From Sphagnum compactum (Eukaryota), in NCBI GenBank assembly GCA_965153455.1, contig OZ234493.1, positions 744,001 through 808,000 of the forward strand: DNA of 64,000 bases, read 5' to 3'. The translations under genes and the position numbers were made by a program. Of the stretch, positions 28,753-42,200 are shown in pieces. Each line of letters starts with the position of its first letter. Within the stretch, counting starts at the first letter, position 1. The notes below the pieces were generated by a model, which did no database searches, was not told where the DNA came from, and saw only the letters and a program-made list of their open reading frames with translations.

Positions 28753-30409
28753 TATAAATAGATGAATTACATCTGTGTCTATTCCATATGAACCTATGGA
28801 AAACAGATTTCACACAACAATTATTGTCAAATCGTGACCGATGAAATTTGTGATATAATGTTCTAGACTTGCACATAGGCCTATGAATTTTAAAACTTCA
28901 ACTTGATTTCATCTTAGGAAAAACATTGTTTTGTTCTTCTCAAAAGTTAGTTGAAAGGTTAATTAGGGTTGTGACAAGATTTTTTGTAATTTGTGTCCAG
29001 TGTGTTTCACAAATGGTATCCATTGACATCAGCATAATGGCAAACCGTTTGTAAAAGGTTGGTGATTATTTATTGAAAATTTTCACATGATACCCCATGG
29101 TTTTTATAAATTAAACCTTCATAAATCAAATTTATTATCATTGTGTACTTTTCATCCTTGAAACATGAAAACATGCAACATCATGTTTCATCCATAATAA
29201 ATATTAACAACTTATTCAAGAAAAATTCTTAAACATGAACCTTGTCGAAGGCTCAATTGAAAGGTTTTTAGTTAAACCCTAAAATAGGGTAAATAAACAT
29301 CATGTATCCGTTTGCTTATAATACAATTATTAACAACCATGAGCTTACAATATGATTTAATAACCATGAAATTGAAGACATTAATAAAATGTTTTAATTC
29401 AAGACATTATCAACATTATGTGCTCCATTTTCCTTTTTGCCATGAATATTTAACATTTCTCGTGCCATCATGATGGAATATGACAAGATTAATATATACC
29501 TTTTTCAATTGGTAATAATTGTAACTTTTTAATTGCCCTACTTGACTAATAAAGATTTCATATTTGTCGTATTATTATTTTACCCAATCAATATATAGTT
29601 GAAATTTACCTTTACCCTAGGGGAAGGTAAATATTTTCATTAAGGTAAACAAAAACTATAGTTCAAATTGATCATATAAGATATATGCATTTTTGTATTT
29701 TACAATACAAATGGTTATGATGGACTTGTTTAATTATGACGACTAACTAATGAATAGACTTTCTTTTGGCATTTTGATTCTATTCATTACATTAATTATC
29801 TTGGAAAAAATTTCACCATATGCTTTGGAAACAATTTAGATTTTACTACCATTTGCCATTATAAATTTGTTTTGAATATGATTTAATGATATTGATAGAC
29901 TTGATAGATTTGTCTATTTTTTTCATGAGATGTGTGACACTTCACACACGTTTAGGTTTATAATGCAAATTGCACACAAGTAAAATGTCTTTCTCCACTT
30001 TGCAACAATGATCATTTTTGGGGCGAAAATTCACCATTTTGCTCAAAGGAAAAGTCCCAAGAAATATGGTCAAGGGAAGTTTTGGAAATCTTCCAAAAAG
30101 ATTAATTCATAGGTGAGGGTAAAAAAGGTTAAAAAATCACCATATTTTCTATATTTGGTTTTCAATGTGTAGCCATAAGTATAGAAGGTTGGTTGGCTAA
30201 AGAATGGTATTGGCTATCTGATTTGGCTAAATATTTCTTGGGACGATAGCCAATTATTTTTGCATCTTCCTCATAAGTTGTCCCTATGGATGAATGAGAG
30301 CACTTATGCTAAATAAGAAAACCCCTAAAAACAACACTGAAAGTTTGAGAGGGTCCTGATTGTGCCTGATGATGGCCAAGGACTCGCCCCCCCCTGTTGA
30401 TGCTGCTAC

Positions 30410-30705
30410 CAGTGTTTTTTTGGGGGGCCGAAATTTCGCCAAATTTTGACCTGAAAAATATGAAAAAATTCGACCTATACAAAGGATTTTTCCATCGACA
30501 AAATGGCCCCAATTCACCAAATTTTGAAAAAAAATTCCAATCGCCAGATTTTTATGATGAGTTTCAGCAGGTAGCCAAGAATATAAGAAGGATTCTAGTT
30601 TCATATATAGTAATATGTAGCCAAACATGTAGCCAAATATGGCTAAATCATCTAATGGATGATCGCCACTTCAGCTACATCACAAAATTGAGGGGGAAAA
30701 AAAAC
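30410..30705 (+). repeat. Short interspersed repeat starting CAGTGTTTTT..GGCGAAATTTCGCCAAA
   Basis: The same GGCGAAA/TTTCGCC core occurs at ~30020, ~44605 and three times in 63706-63960. Confidence 0.5.
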
Positions 30706-30740
30706 CTGGCTGCAAGGCAAGGCAACCAACCGAGTTATCA

Positions 30741-30771
30741 ACCGACCGACCGACCGACCGACCGACCGACC
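30741..30771. repeat. (ACCG)n microsatellite upstream of SWI3
   Basis: About 7 perfect tetranucleotide copies. Confidence 0.85.
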
Positions 30772-31473
30772 TAACAAGTAGGTGATTAACAAACACAAGC
30801 CACCGGCAGTAGACGGTGGATGGAGAGTAAGAAGGGCAGAAGAGTAGGCAGGCGGGGAGCGAGGGAGGGAGAAAGGGAGGGGGAGGGAAGGAGGAAAAAG
30901 GGGGGGTGTGTTCGTGGTTCGTTCGTTCGGTAGGGCAAGACAGACACAAGAGCCCAAAGAAAGAAAAGAAAGAAAGACTGTTGTTAGGCTATTTGCTCAC
31001 GCACGCGCACACACACACACACACATTAGAACGCGGCGGGGGGGTCTGGTCTGTTGTTGTCTGGTCACCATTGCGGCCTGTGATTTTGCTGTAGCCAGCC
31101 AGCCAGCCAGGCCGGAACAAATAGCGGCGTGACTTAGTACTAGTACTAGGAGCAAAGGTACTGGGTGTTAGTGGCGTGCCAGTTCGACTGCCGCCATAAA
31201 TCTCATCTGCCGATCCATTCAAATAATATTCACACCATAACAATACCGTTGTTTGTTTTGTTTTGTTTTGTTTCTTCTTTCCATTTCATTCTTTGCTTGC
31301 TTGGCTTGGCTTGGCTTTTGCATGGCGTGTTTGCGGCAATGGTCCGCCATAGCGGCGTTCAAGCCGTTGTTTGGTGCCGCTGGACGCACAGGGGATGTGC
31401 ACTCGCAGTGGAAGAAGGCGCAGTAATGAAGAAGAACCGGTTTGGAGTGATTTTGTTTGAGATTGGGGAGTGA

Positions 31474-34400
31474 ATGGCGTCTCCTCGTCAAGAGAAAGAC
31501 AAGAAACGGAGGCGACCAGGAGGAGAAGGCGGAGTGATTGAGGAGGTTGGAACAGGCATCGAAGAAGGCGTGGTGGATTGCCGCATCGACGAGGGCAAAG
31601 TGCAAGGTCAGTTTTGTCGATTGAGCTCCTCCGAGTTTAGTTGGGATTTACGGAGCGACGATGTTGTTTGTGGTTGTTGATGTATTCCGGAACCTATGTA
31701 GAGATAGTGGATTTGTTGTTCTCCATGGTCATCGGAGTTGAAAGTCCGGGTTTTTGTAGACGCCACACGCACACACCAAAAAACAACAAGAAATGTTCTC
31801 AGACGATGTGTGGAATCGGGATGGACAGAAGGGGGTATTGTGACAGGGCTATGGACCGATATGTGTTTGTGGATGCGACAAACTTTTTGCCTCTTGGTTC
31901 TTTTCCAAGAGCAACTGTTGTTCCCCTTTTCTGACGGGTAGTAAAGAGGGCTGCCATTTTGGTTCCGGAGACTCTGTGCTTATTAGGTTTAGGAGGAATT
32001 GCCTGGTTTTCAAACTGAAAGTGCATGGCAGCATGGAAAACTCCTGGAAAACCAGAGTTGTAAGGTGTAATCTGCAGTTGGCTGATTCAGTCCAGTGAAT
32101 GTGCTTCTTAAATTGCTCTCTCTCTTTTGGGAATATCCTGGATGGGGAACAGCATGTTGTATTTTTAAGTTATTGAAGTACATGGAGGAGCACAAATGAC
32201 TTGTCAGGAACCCCCACTGATGCTTGTGGGATCCCAGAGTGGTTAATGCTTGGGAAAATACAATCACATATTTTTTCCAGATGCTTATGCAATTGCATGT
32301 TCATGAAAGCAGCTTTTAAAATAAGGTTGACACGCAAGGGAGACGCCTTTTCAGTTTTGAAGCTGGAGAAAGAAACCGCAGATGAAAATGGAGGGGATGG
32401 AGGAGCAAACAAAATAGCCAGCAAGAGAGATGAAGGATTGGCAAAACCGGTGACTCCAAATATGGCCAAGGAGATCCAGGAGAGGGATGGTGAAACAGAA
32501 AAGGAAATATCAGAACCTGCAAATAAGAGGACCAAGCATGGAAAGAATAGTATGCCACAGATTGTATCAGAATCAGGTGGCTATGGTGGTCAGGAAGGGA
32601 ATTACCCTGGAATGAAGGAGGACAGCCTATTACATGGTGCATTTGCAACACATTCCAATACAACTTCTCAAAAAGATTGTATTGGTGGAGCAGGTAAACC
32701 TGTGCCCAGTGTGAGTGTGTCTGAGGGTGCCAAGGCATTTCAGGATGGAGTAACTTCTGCTGTCCTTGGCACAGGGACAATGCAACAAGTGAACACTGCT
32801 GAGAACACGGCTTCAAGGGAGTCTCTAGTACAGGAGATCTATCCAATACCCAGCCATGCTGGTGAGTTTTATGCTGATCTTCTGTGTTCTGTCTCTGATG
32901 CTGGATATAAATAAAGGAGTCATGATTTAGAAGGTGGTAGGGAAAAATAGTTGCCGTGCTTGTTCTTCTCTCTTGTCATCCCATGTGTGTGCTGTGCTGC
33001 AGTCCTTGATGGCTGACCTTGACCATGAAGCTCATGATTTACTTACTGTGCCCTGTTTTCACTGATTTTGAGGTGATTGCTTTGTAACATTGCAGGCTGG
33101 TTTGTTTGGAATAAGATCCACTCACTAGAGCGTCGTTCACTGAGTGAGTTCTTTGATCAGAAGGCAGTCTCTAAAACACCTAAGATCTACAAGGAGTACA
33201 GGGATTTTATCATCAACAAGTACAGGGAGAATCCACACCGGCCCCTAAAGTTCACTGAAGTGAGGCGGATGCTGATTGGTGATGTGAATTCCCTTCGGAG
33301 GGTGTTTGATTTTTTGGAACACTGGGGACTTATAAACCACCAGGTTTTACAAGATTCTGAAACCAAAGCAGCAGGGGCTGCATCTCCTGTCCCTGTCCCT
33401 ATGGTGGTTGATTCTTTACCAAGCGGCATTCGAGTGGTCCCTTCTCCAGTTCCCTCTCCTTCAAAGACACAAAGTTCTGTTGTGTTGGATGCTTCAGGTA
33501 GGTTGTATGTGGATCAATTTCTGGTGGATCCTTTACAGTCTTCATAGGCCCTTCAATGGAACTGACAGGTGACTCAGGTCACACAAATAGGGGTGGACAG
33601 AGAAGTGATGAACAGCAATTGTTTGGGAATGCTTTTTCCTGTGATTACGGTGATTGGGCATTCCCCTGCTTCTCAGTGATAGCTCAGTCCCCATCAGGAA
33701 GGTCCTCAGTCTATACTTCTCATGATATCCGTTACCTGTGTTAAGTGTTTTTTTAAACTGTGCAGATGGCTCTGTAGGGGCATTGAGATCAAACAGCCTT
33801 GCTACCCACAAAAGTGTATATACGTCAGCTAGTAGGCATTCAGTCTCTGATGATGCCAGTGGCGCCTCTAATAAGCCAGAGGCAGAGATCCTGTGCCACA
33901 TCTGTAAAGGGGAATGCTCCAAGCAACGATTTTACCATCGGCGGGTCAGCCCTATTCCTTTTCTACACCTTTTACCAATTAGGATGGAGTTGCTGGTCTG
34001 GTAGGATGATGTGCTGAAGCTGAATCTTTAAGCCAGTGTATATTCCACCTGTTTATTTAGTACTTACCACACATCCCTTTTGTTGGAACTAAGATTGGAG
34101 TAATTTATTGGAAGAGCTTCTCATAGCTACAACTGGGATGTAGGCAGTATGAGAGGTGACCATCGAACAGCTCAGTAAGGATTTTCTGTTACCAGAGGTT
34201 GTCCTTATTGTGGCCCATGGGTGATTTGTGTATTGACCTGTATATCATGACCTCGACAGGTAGGGATTAGTTTATGCGTAGGCTGCTTCAAGAATGGGAA
34301 GCTTCCAGTGGGTACCACAGTTGGTGAGTTCATCAGAATTGAGGCTGGTGTAAGAGCTCCAACCAAGGAGTGGTCAAGCAAGGAGAATTTGTTGCTGCTG

Positions 34401-36991
34401 GAGGCCCTTTTGAGTTATGGAGATAATTGGAACCAGGTAGGTTGTGAAAATTTGGTACTCCTTATCTTGTACTGAAGACTTGTTGTGGTCAATAAGTATC
34501 TCACAGTATAGTACTGTTTCTGCAGGTTGCACAGCATGTGCGCAGTAGAACTGGAATTGAATGTGTGAAACAGTTCATTCAATTGCCTTTTGGAGATCAG
34601 TTCATTTCTGAATCCCATGATACAAATGGAGTGGTCACCAATCATGCAGTAGTGCTTGAAGAGGCAAAAGCTGTTTCTGCTGCATCGAGTGATGGGATTA
34701 GCATGAGTAGCAGAGTGAAGAAGGGTGAGGCTGTTCTTCCTAGCACCATGCCAACAATGGAAGCATCAGAATTAACAGAAAGGCATGACTTCATTACACC
34801 ATTTGCTGACAGCACCCATCCACTGTTTTCTCAGGTGTGTACACCCTACAGTTCATGATGGTAAGTTCCATCTTGGAATGTCTTAGGCATTTGCACTTGG
34901 AATAGTTGTCACTTTGGCATTCTGCAGCATGATGGTCTTGCTGGTAAGAGTACCCCATGTGTGCAAATTTAATGGACTCTTGCTGGCATCCTTTTTTATT
35001 TTAATTAAAATCATTAGTTATCAAATAAAAAACCAAAACTTTTGCAAGGGAACCTCTTCTCTGCTGTCTGTCTGTTTCAACCCTGGTTATCTTCAGCAGG
35101 AAGTAAATTCTTATCTAAAACATGACATTCTCTGGCTGTGTAAGACGGTCTTGATTTGCAGATGTTTTACTTCAGAACAAAACTTTCTATGGAATCCAGC
35201 AGTTTTTTGTTCTGTGCTTTACACTGCTGACCACAGCCATGATCATGATGATGTCTTTGTTGTCCTTCCACTGTAGAATCTCCCTGGTTATGATTTGATG
35301 CAAAGGCTCAGTCTTATGTGTACACTTGGGTCTTGTGCACATGTTTAGTGTCAAAGTCAAATGAATGTTTCCTCATAGCTGTATGTGAGGGCCATGTGCT
35401 CTTTGTGATACTGGAAGTTGGTGACAGGTAGCAATGCTTGCAGCCATGGTGGCCCCAAGAGTTGCAGCTGCTGCAGCAGAGGCAGCTATTGGAGCCATTG
35501 CTGAAGTTGAACCAGCTCTAGTGCAGCAGCCTATCATGGAAGCTCACCACATGCAATCTACAAGCCACCTCAATGTCAGCCACAATATGCAAGACTATAC
35601 AGACAGGTCCATAAATTTTGACACCAATGTCTAGTCTATTAAGATCTGCAGCTTTTGGGCTAAGGGGCACCAGCACATCAGCTTCTAGGAGTGTATTTCT
35701 TGGTGTATGTTCTCATTGTACAAGGTGTTGCTGGCACAAATATGCAGCTTCAAGGAACAAAACAAGTATGATATGCAGCGACAAGAACAGGGGTCCTCAC
35801 AAGGAGGTATTTCTTACTCCAACCTGGAATCTTGCTGTATTCCCTGTCTGTGACTGTTGGATGGGAGACCCAGGTGCAGAAGAAATTTGCTTCTGGACTT
35901 GAATCCAGGTTCAGTGGAGATGATCTGATGTGGAATTTGTAACAGTTGATGTGTCCTTTCTGACTCATTATTTATGGTGATAAAATGCAACTGCCTTGGG
36001 AGCCCTTTCCACAGAGTCAAGAGCTGACTCTATGTAATTAGCATTCTATACTCTTGGACTCCCACCAACTAGCCCCAGGTGTGCAGTATACCCTGTGAAT
36101 GTTATCTTGTTGCCAACTGGTAAAAAGCATGATAAAAGTCTTGCGTTGGGTCCTTCTGCTAAAAGATTATTTGATGTTCTTAAAGTCTGGGCTGATTTGT
36201 CTAGCATAGAATGGTTAAAGAAGGCCGGTGTTGCAATGATACATAAGCGTATACATCTATTTGGCTGTATGTTGGCACCATCTCACTTGTGAAAAAGCAT
36301 GTGCTAAACTTGTGAGGTTTGCCATCAGACCTTGGGGTTACAGGTCCAGTAGTCACTTGTTCATGGTGTATGGACAACAGGTAAATTTTAAGTTGTAGAT
36401 TTTCAAAAATGAACTAGTTTCTTTCTTAGTATTCATAAGAACCCTGCTATGCTGTGCAGAGAAAGCCCAAGCTCAAGAGCCGTCATCAATTTCCAATGAC
36501 AACACTGACGGAAATAGTAAGCTTCCATTGGCATTCCAAGCAAGGGTAGCAGTTGCAACAGCATTGGGAGTGGCAGCTGCAAATGCAAATCTTCTTGCTG
36601 ACCAAGAGGAGCTTGAAATTGATAACCTGGTGGCCAGCATTATTGACACACAGGTAGAAGAATCTCAGCATTTTGTATTCTTTATGACTGTCAAACAGAG
36701 GTCAGGTGTCACTTGGCAGAATGTAAAGGATTTGAGCTCATCATCTCTCAAGCATCTGTTATGGGATGACCTTGCAGCATTCTGGATGTTGCAATTGTCT
36801 TCACATTCTTCTGCATCTGGTTGCAGCTGAAGAAACTCCAGTCAAAACTGGAGCACTTTGAGGAACTTGAAATGCTATTGGAGAAGGAACGCATTGAGGT
36901 GGACCGTATCCGTCAACAAGTGTATGCTGATCAGCTTCGCTATGCTGAGGGAGATGCTACATACCCTAAACTGACCAGCCATGAACCATAA
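31474..36991 (+). CDS. SWI3: SWI/SNF complex subunit SWI3A/B-like (SWIRM, ZZ-like zinc finger, SANT, C-terminal coiled coil), ~781 aa
   Basis: Exons 31474-31606, 32313-32861, 33096-33497, 33766-33944, 34260-34436, 34526-34834, 35428-35606, 35748-35806, 36460-36653, 36827-36991 (2346 nt, GT-AG, in frame). SWIRM: IPSHAGWF..IH.LE...KTPKIYKEYRDFIINKYRE...FLEHWGLIN. SANT: WSSKENLLLLEAL..YGDNW.QVA.HV. C-terminal LADQEE.EI..L...II..QLKKL..KL.HFEELE. Exons 1 and 8 are less certain. Confidence 0.92.
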
Positions 36992-39282
36992 GCCAGAGGT
37001 AGCTTAAGAGGTCTATCTGTATACAAAAACATTCCAGTTCTCCTAGGCAATATTCATTTCATTGAGCTCTAGGTTGAGGGAAGGAGGATTACTGCAGTTT
37101 TAGGACATCAGGTAAGGTTACTCAGAAAGTGGCCAGGAGTAGAGACAAGGGGCCGAGTGAGAGAAATGAGATGTTCTTGTTATTGAATACATCTCTCCAT
37201 GCTACTGACCCCATTTGCATCAGGCACCCAGTGTTCAAATTTATTGCATTTGCACTTTTTCTTTTATCCTTTGTTACTGGGATGGATTTCTCATGCGCCA
37301 GAAACTTAGCAGTATCTGAAAGCTCAAATAGTTTCTTCAATTTCCAGTCAAAGTTGACGGGTCTTTTAGTCACTTGTTTGAGCTTGTTTGATTCAACAAC
37401 TGGAGTTGCCAGAAGTACTTTATTAATCAAGCATCAATTATTGTTTGCGCTCCATAATCAAGCATCAATTATTTGAAATGGTAGACATGTGATCATGTAG
37501 TAGAATTTTCCAATTAGAGATGTTGGGTCCTACGTAGACAGGAATTTTCTACAATTAGGCTGCATATCAGCTTCTCATTGCAGGTATTATGGTGACTTTC
37601 CAAGGGGAGTTTGGCACACTTTCTGGGCTCTGGAGGAATGGGGTGGGGTCCCGGTGAATTGCTCTGTGGTGTTGGTGTCAACCTGGTGGCCCATATCCTA
37701 TGGAGTGCCAAGACATTGCCATTTTTATTGTGGTACTGTGCTTAGTGGGACCTCTTTTATGTTTTGTGAAGAACACTTTGCTTGGTTCTGTACTTGTCTA
37801 CTCCACTGTTAAACACTTTGTATGGTTGTTTTGTGTGTGCAGATGTATGTTTCATTGGAGTTTCGAACCATAGAAGGTCATCCTTGATGGTCAATGTTGA
37901 GGAACATTGAGGAAAATGATGGAGGAACTCCAGCACAGTCATGAGGAAGAGTGGGTCCTGTCTTTTTGTGAGTGATTCTTGGTGCTGAAGGCTGCTATTG
38001 TCATGTCAACTCTCTACAGTTCAGGTTCCCTGGAGAGTGGCTTTTGGTTTGTTTTGCCTTTCCAAGTTTGTGATTGTTTAGTGCATATGAGAGACATGGA
38101 AGGGTTGGACATGATCAGCAGATGGGGGATCAAGGCATTTTCATGACAAATGTAATTCCCTTAATGATTGCTTGCTTGTTATACTCAACTAAACATGAAG
38201 ATTGTAGTAACCATGTTTTTAACATGGGCCATTATTACTTGGTCAATGTTCCATCATTCTGAGTGCACAATAATGCTAGCTCCAGGAGTTCTTGAGTTGC
38301 AAATTTAAACTCTTTTCAGAGGCTGATGGTTATATGGAAGCAAAGATTCTGAATGTGACATTTATATTACTGCAGCTTAAATTTCCAGTTCAAAAAGTCA
38401 GGATGTGAAACTCTATGTATGTCATTGTATATGTCTCAATAAATTGCAGGAAATGAGATGACTACATGGTACATGAAATCAAATTGCTGCATGGGCAATT
38501 TTTCTACTAATGTAAAATGAAGCTTTGAATCAAAGATTGACCCTAATGATCAAAGGAATGTCTACTGATACTAATTTCAGACATTTTCATATTCCATGTG
38601 GCAAACTGTGAGCCATGAACATTATAAGCCCAAAGATAATCCAGGTCCAATGATGATTTGGAAGGCCCATTGACCAACCACATGTAAGTGCATTTGTGAC
38701 TCTAAAGTCCACGATTTAAGGTTTATATGTATGTGCTGAAGTCATGATGCCCATGTATCTTGCCTTGATTGGACATTAGCATGATGCGTGGATGTCAGAG
38801 TAATACATGTGGCATGATCCCAGTTTTTATTCGGTTATGTATAATTCGAAAGAGATAGTGAACAGCAATTTAGACGCTACCATTTTTGCCTCGTTGAAAG
38901 AGTGAAATCCTAATAGATATTATAAACTTCGAACATTTTTTTATTAACTTAAATTGCCAACAGCTTTGCCATTGATAAGTAGCTTGCATCAACACATTTG
39001 CCATTGGTAGGTAGACTACAAATTGTCTTTCGCAAATTAGAATGTCAATTGTGTTTGTCTCAATCAAAAGTTGATCATGAATCAAAATTTGAATAGAATA
39101 ATGGTTTTGCAGGAATTGGAGAGCTTGGATTCATGATCTTGGGAGAAGAATGAAATTTAGATGATATTAACAAAAATTATGACCAAACACAAACAAATAG
39201 CAAGATGGACTTTACTAGTGATGAACAAGGTGTTCAGATGAACCTAGGAATCTTAAAAGAACTGGAGACTGCATTGTCAAGC

Positions 39283-42200
39283 TTAATTTGTCAAGTGGGT
39301 GTCTAATTCATGGACACCTGTGATGCTCTTCAAATTTTCACTTATCCGGCTCACACCTTCCATGATCTTTCGGGCAAGAGGATAAGGGCCTAGCCTTACT
39401 GCATTTACGTAGTTTATGGGACTGTGGGCAGCAAGTCCTGGAACGAATAAGCCAATGAATCGGAGAAGAAGTGCAATGAGAGATTCTTTGTAATCATGGC
39501 CATGTTCCATACTCAAAATGATGGCACTCTGAATTAGTTCCCAGAGAGCATTCATACGTAATCTGAAGAATCTCCAGGCAAAGAAATTTTTGTAGGGCTC
39601 TTCTTGAAGAATCTGCCCAAAAAAACCCCACAAATGACATAACAGTGAGGAACAAGCACAAATTAAACAAACAAGCAAAAGTTTGAGTATGTTAAACTTG
39701 CAAACCAAATTTCTTTTTCTACTAACAAGCTCCTCGGAAACAAGAAAGAGATTGCTGCAAAACTGGATGTAAAGAAGTACAAAAGTATACCCCAGCTGAG
39801 ACTTAAGTTCAATAGAGAGAAAGCAAGGAATTTGTTTGTGCTTACCAGCCCATTGTAAACACTATCATAATAGCTGCATTCTCCAATATGCTTGTACTCA
39901 AAGATCTCATTGTCAAATGGCACACGAGGCACAATATCATTGCAATAGACAACCCGGACGTATTGGTCTTTGAGATGGGTCTCGCCATACTTTGCAAACT
40001 CTTTATCTCCAACTCTTGGCTGCCCATATGTATAAATTGCTGCTAACTTGTCAGTAATTTCATGTTCTGCATTATAAAAGAGCATGGCCCCATATAGGGT
40101 TGCAAGTGCACCTCCCAGACTGTGGCCTGTTATGAATACTTTCGCATCTGGGTTGTCATGAATAATTTCAGCAACTTTCTTTGTGATGTCATCATATGCA
40201 AGTTTTTGGTCGTCATTGGCAATGATCTCATCAGACAGGCCAGAGGTTGCTTGTTTTGTATGTATGTAGGACTTTGTAGAGTCTCTTCTCCTTCGCTGGA
40301 AAACCAGGTCAACAAAAAAATCAGCAATCCATGTCACTTTTTTTAACTTACATCATTTACACAAAATTCACAACAGAACTTCAAGGGGGTTTAACAAAGC
40401 TGATGGTTTCACAAAGTTTTGCACACCATTGAGTTAATGCGGTATTTGTGTTGTGAGCGCTTGTCCATTTTGTTGAAAGTTTCCATGTCGTCACGGTCAC
40501 ATAGGCCCAAGGCCTCCAGAAACCCAAGATGCACCCCCATCTTATTTTGGAACCGCACCCATGAGAAATCAATGTCAGTGCTCCAATCATAAGCATTGAA
40601 TGCCTCAGTGCCTCTCCAGGCAACCACAACTGCGTTTGCATCTTGTTTCTTGTCTGTGAATATATAGACTTGGGTGTTGTTCTTCTTTTGGTATTCTGCA
40701 CTCAGACAACCAATTCATTAGTTGGACATATGTAATAAACTGTAACCTGTTGCATATACCAAGAATCCACCCTTTAATCAACAAATTAGTCAATCATTTC
40801 TACAATTGAACAAGTAGTACAAGTATTAGCTTATCTGAGAAAAAAGTGTTAAAGACTATGCATAAATGCACATTGTATCAAATCATCTGACATGCAGATC
40901 CTTCAACAAAATCAGATCAGAGAAGAAACACAATTGACCAATGAGATCCTATGTTGTCCTATGCAGGAAAGGAACAGAAGCCAGGTAATCAGGGAAACCA
41001 TCTTAAGAGATGATGATAATGATCCATCATCGTTGTCATCAGATTCTCACCATTCCAACATTCGTAGAAGTGCACAAAATGCATCTGCAAAAACCAAAAG
41101 AGATCAAATTCCCATAAGTCTAACAGTCCTGACACCTGAAACATCTAGGCTGCCAAGGTAGCACAAAGTATCCTCTTGAAAGGGATTGACTTGCACATAT
41201 CAGATGAAGCATAGGTCAACTACAGTACAAAATGGCTGTTATGCACCTAAAGCAAAAACTTGTTTGCAGAATCATTGTTAACGAAAAGGACTATACCTGC
41301 CAATTCAACAGGTTTTCAAGTTGACTAAATGGCAGAATTGGCCACCACTGGCAATTCCATATTTACAATCTACCTATACGACATAATATTAACCAATCTG
41401 TGCTAGTTTATGACCTACCTATCAACCTTTAGTCTAGGCAATGCACCCAGCCAAGCCCAATTGAAAATAGTGGTTTTTCTGATGAGCTTCATCCTCTCAA
41501 AGGAGTTGTGAAACGTTGAAGTTGTATGAGCAATTGAAACATTGCAGTTTGATTTCTCACTATGCGTAATTGAAACCTTGCACCTTGACTTCTCACTATG
41601 AGCAATCGAAATCTTGCACCTTGACTTCTCACCAACTCTCAAAAATGAATCCCTCCAACTTGTGAGGGTGTGAGCAATTGAAACAATTGCATTTTGACTT
41701 CTCACTATGAGCAATTGAAACCTTGCATTTTGATTTCTCACTATGCGTAATTGAAACCTTGCACCTTGACTTCTCACTATGAGCAATCAAAATCTTGCAC
41801 CTTGACTTCTCACCAACTCTCAAAAATGAATCCCTCCAACTTGTGAGGGTGTGAGCAATTGAAACAATTGCATTTTGACTTCTCACTATGAGCAATTGAA
41901 ACCTTGCACCTCGATTTGCTCACTAGTGAGAAATCAATTGCTCATACTGAGATAGTTCTCACTAAAGTCTCAATTGAGTGCATGAAAATGAAGCCCTCAG
42001 ACTTGCAGGGTGTTGTGTTGCTTGAGAATCTATGTGCATACATTAATATGGCTGTTTAGAGTGGGGTCTTACATTCCAGTCTTCTTCCACAACTTTTTGG
42101 ACAACCAGTTCGTTCTCATAAGCGAGCTTGGAAGCCATGATGCAAACATCCATGGCACTTTTTGATCCCGATCCTTCAGCTGGAAATAAAGCAGTGTTTG

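Noticed and set aside
20900..30000. Short ORFs in the AT-rich tubulin-SWI3 spacer
   Set aside because: No recognisable motifs or exon structure; likely old TE debris.
38650..38739. Box C/D snoRNA (ATGATGA...CTGA)
   Set aside because: No terminal stem and no recognisable rRNA-complementary guide.
41527..41947. CRISPR array (36-bp repeats containing ATTGAAAC)
   Set aside because: Units abut with no unique spacers, the only insert is repeated identically, no cas genes are present, and the array sits in a plant intron.
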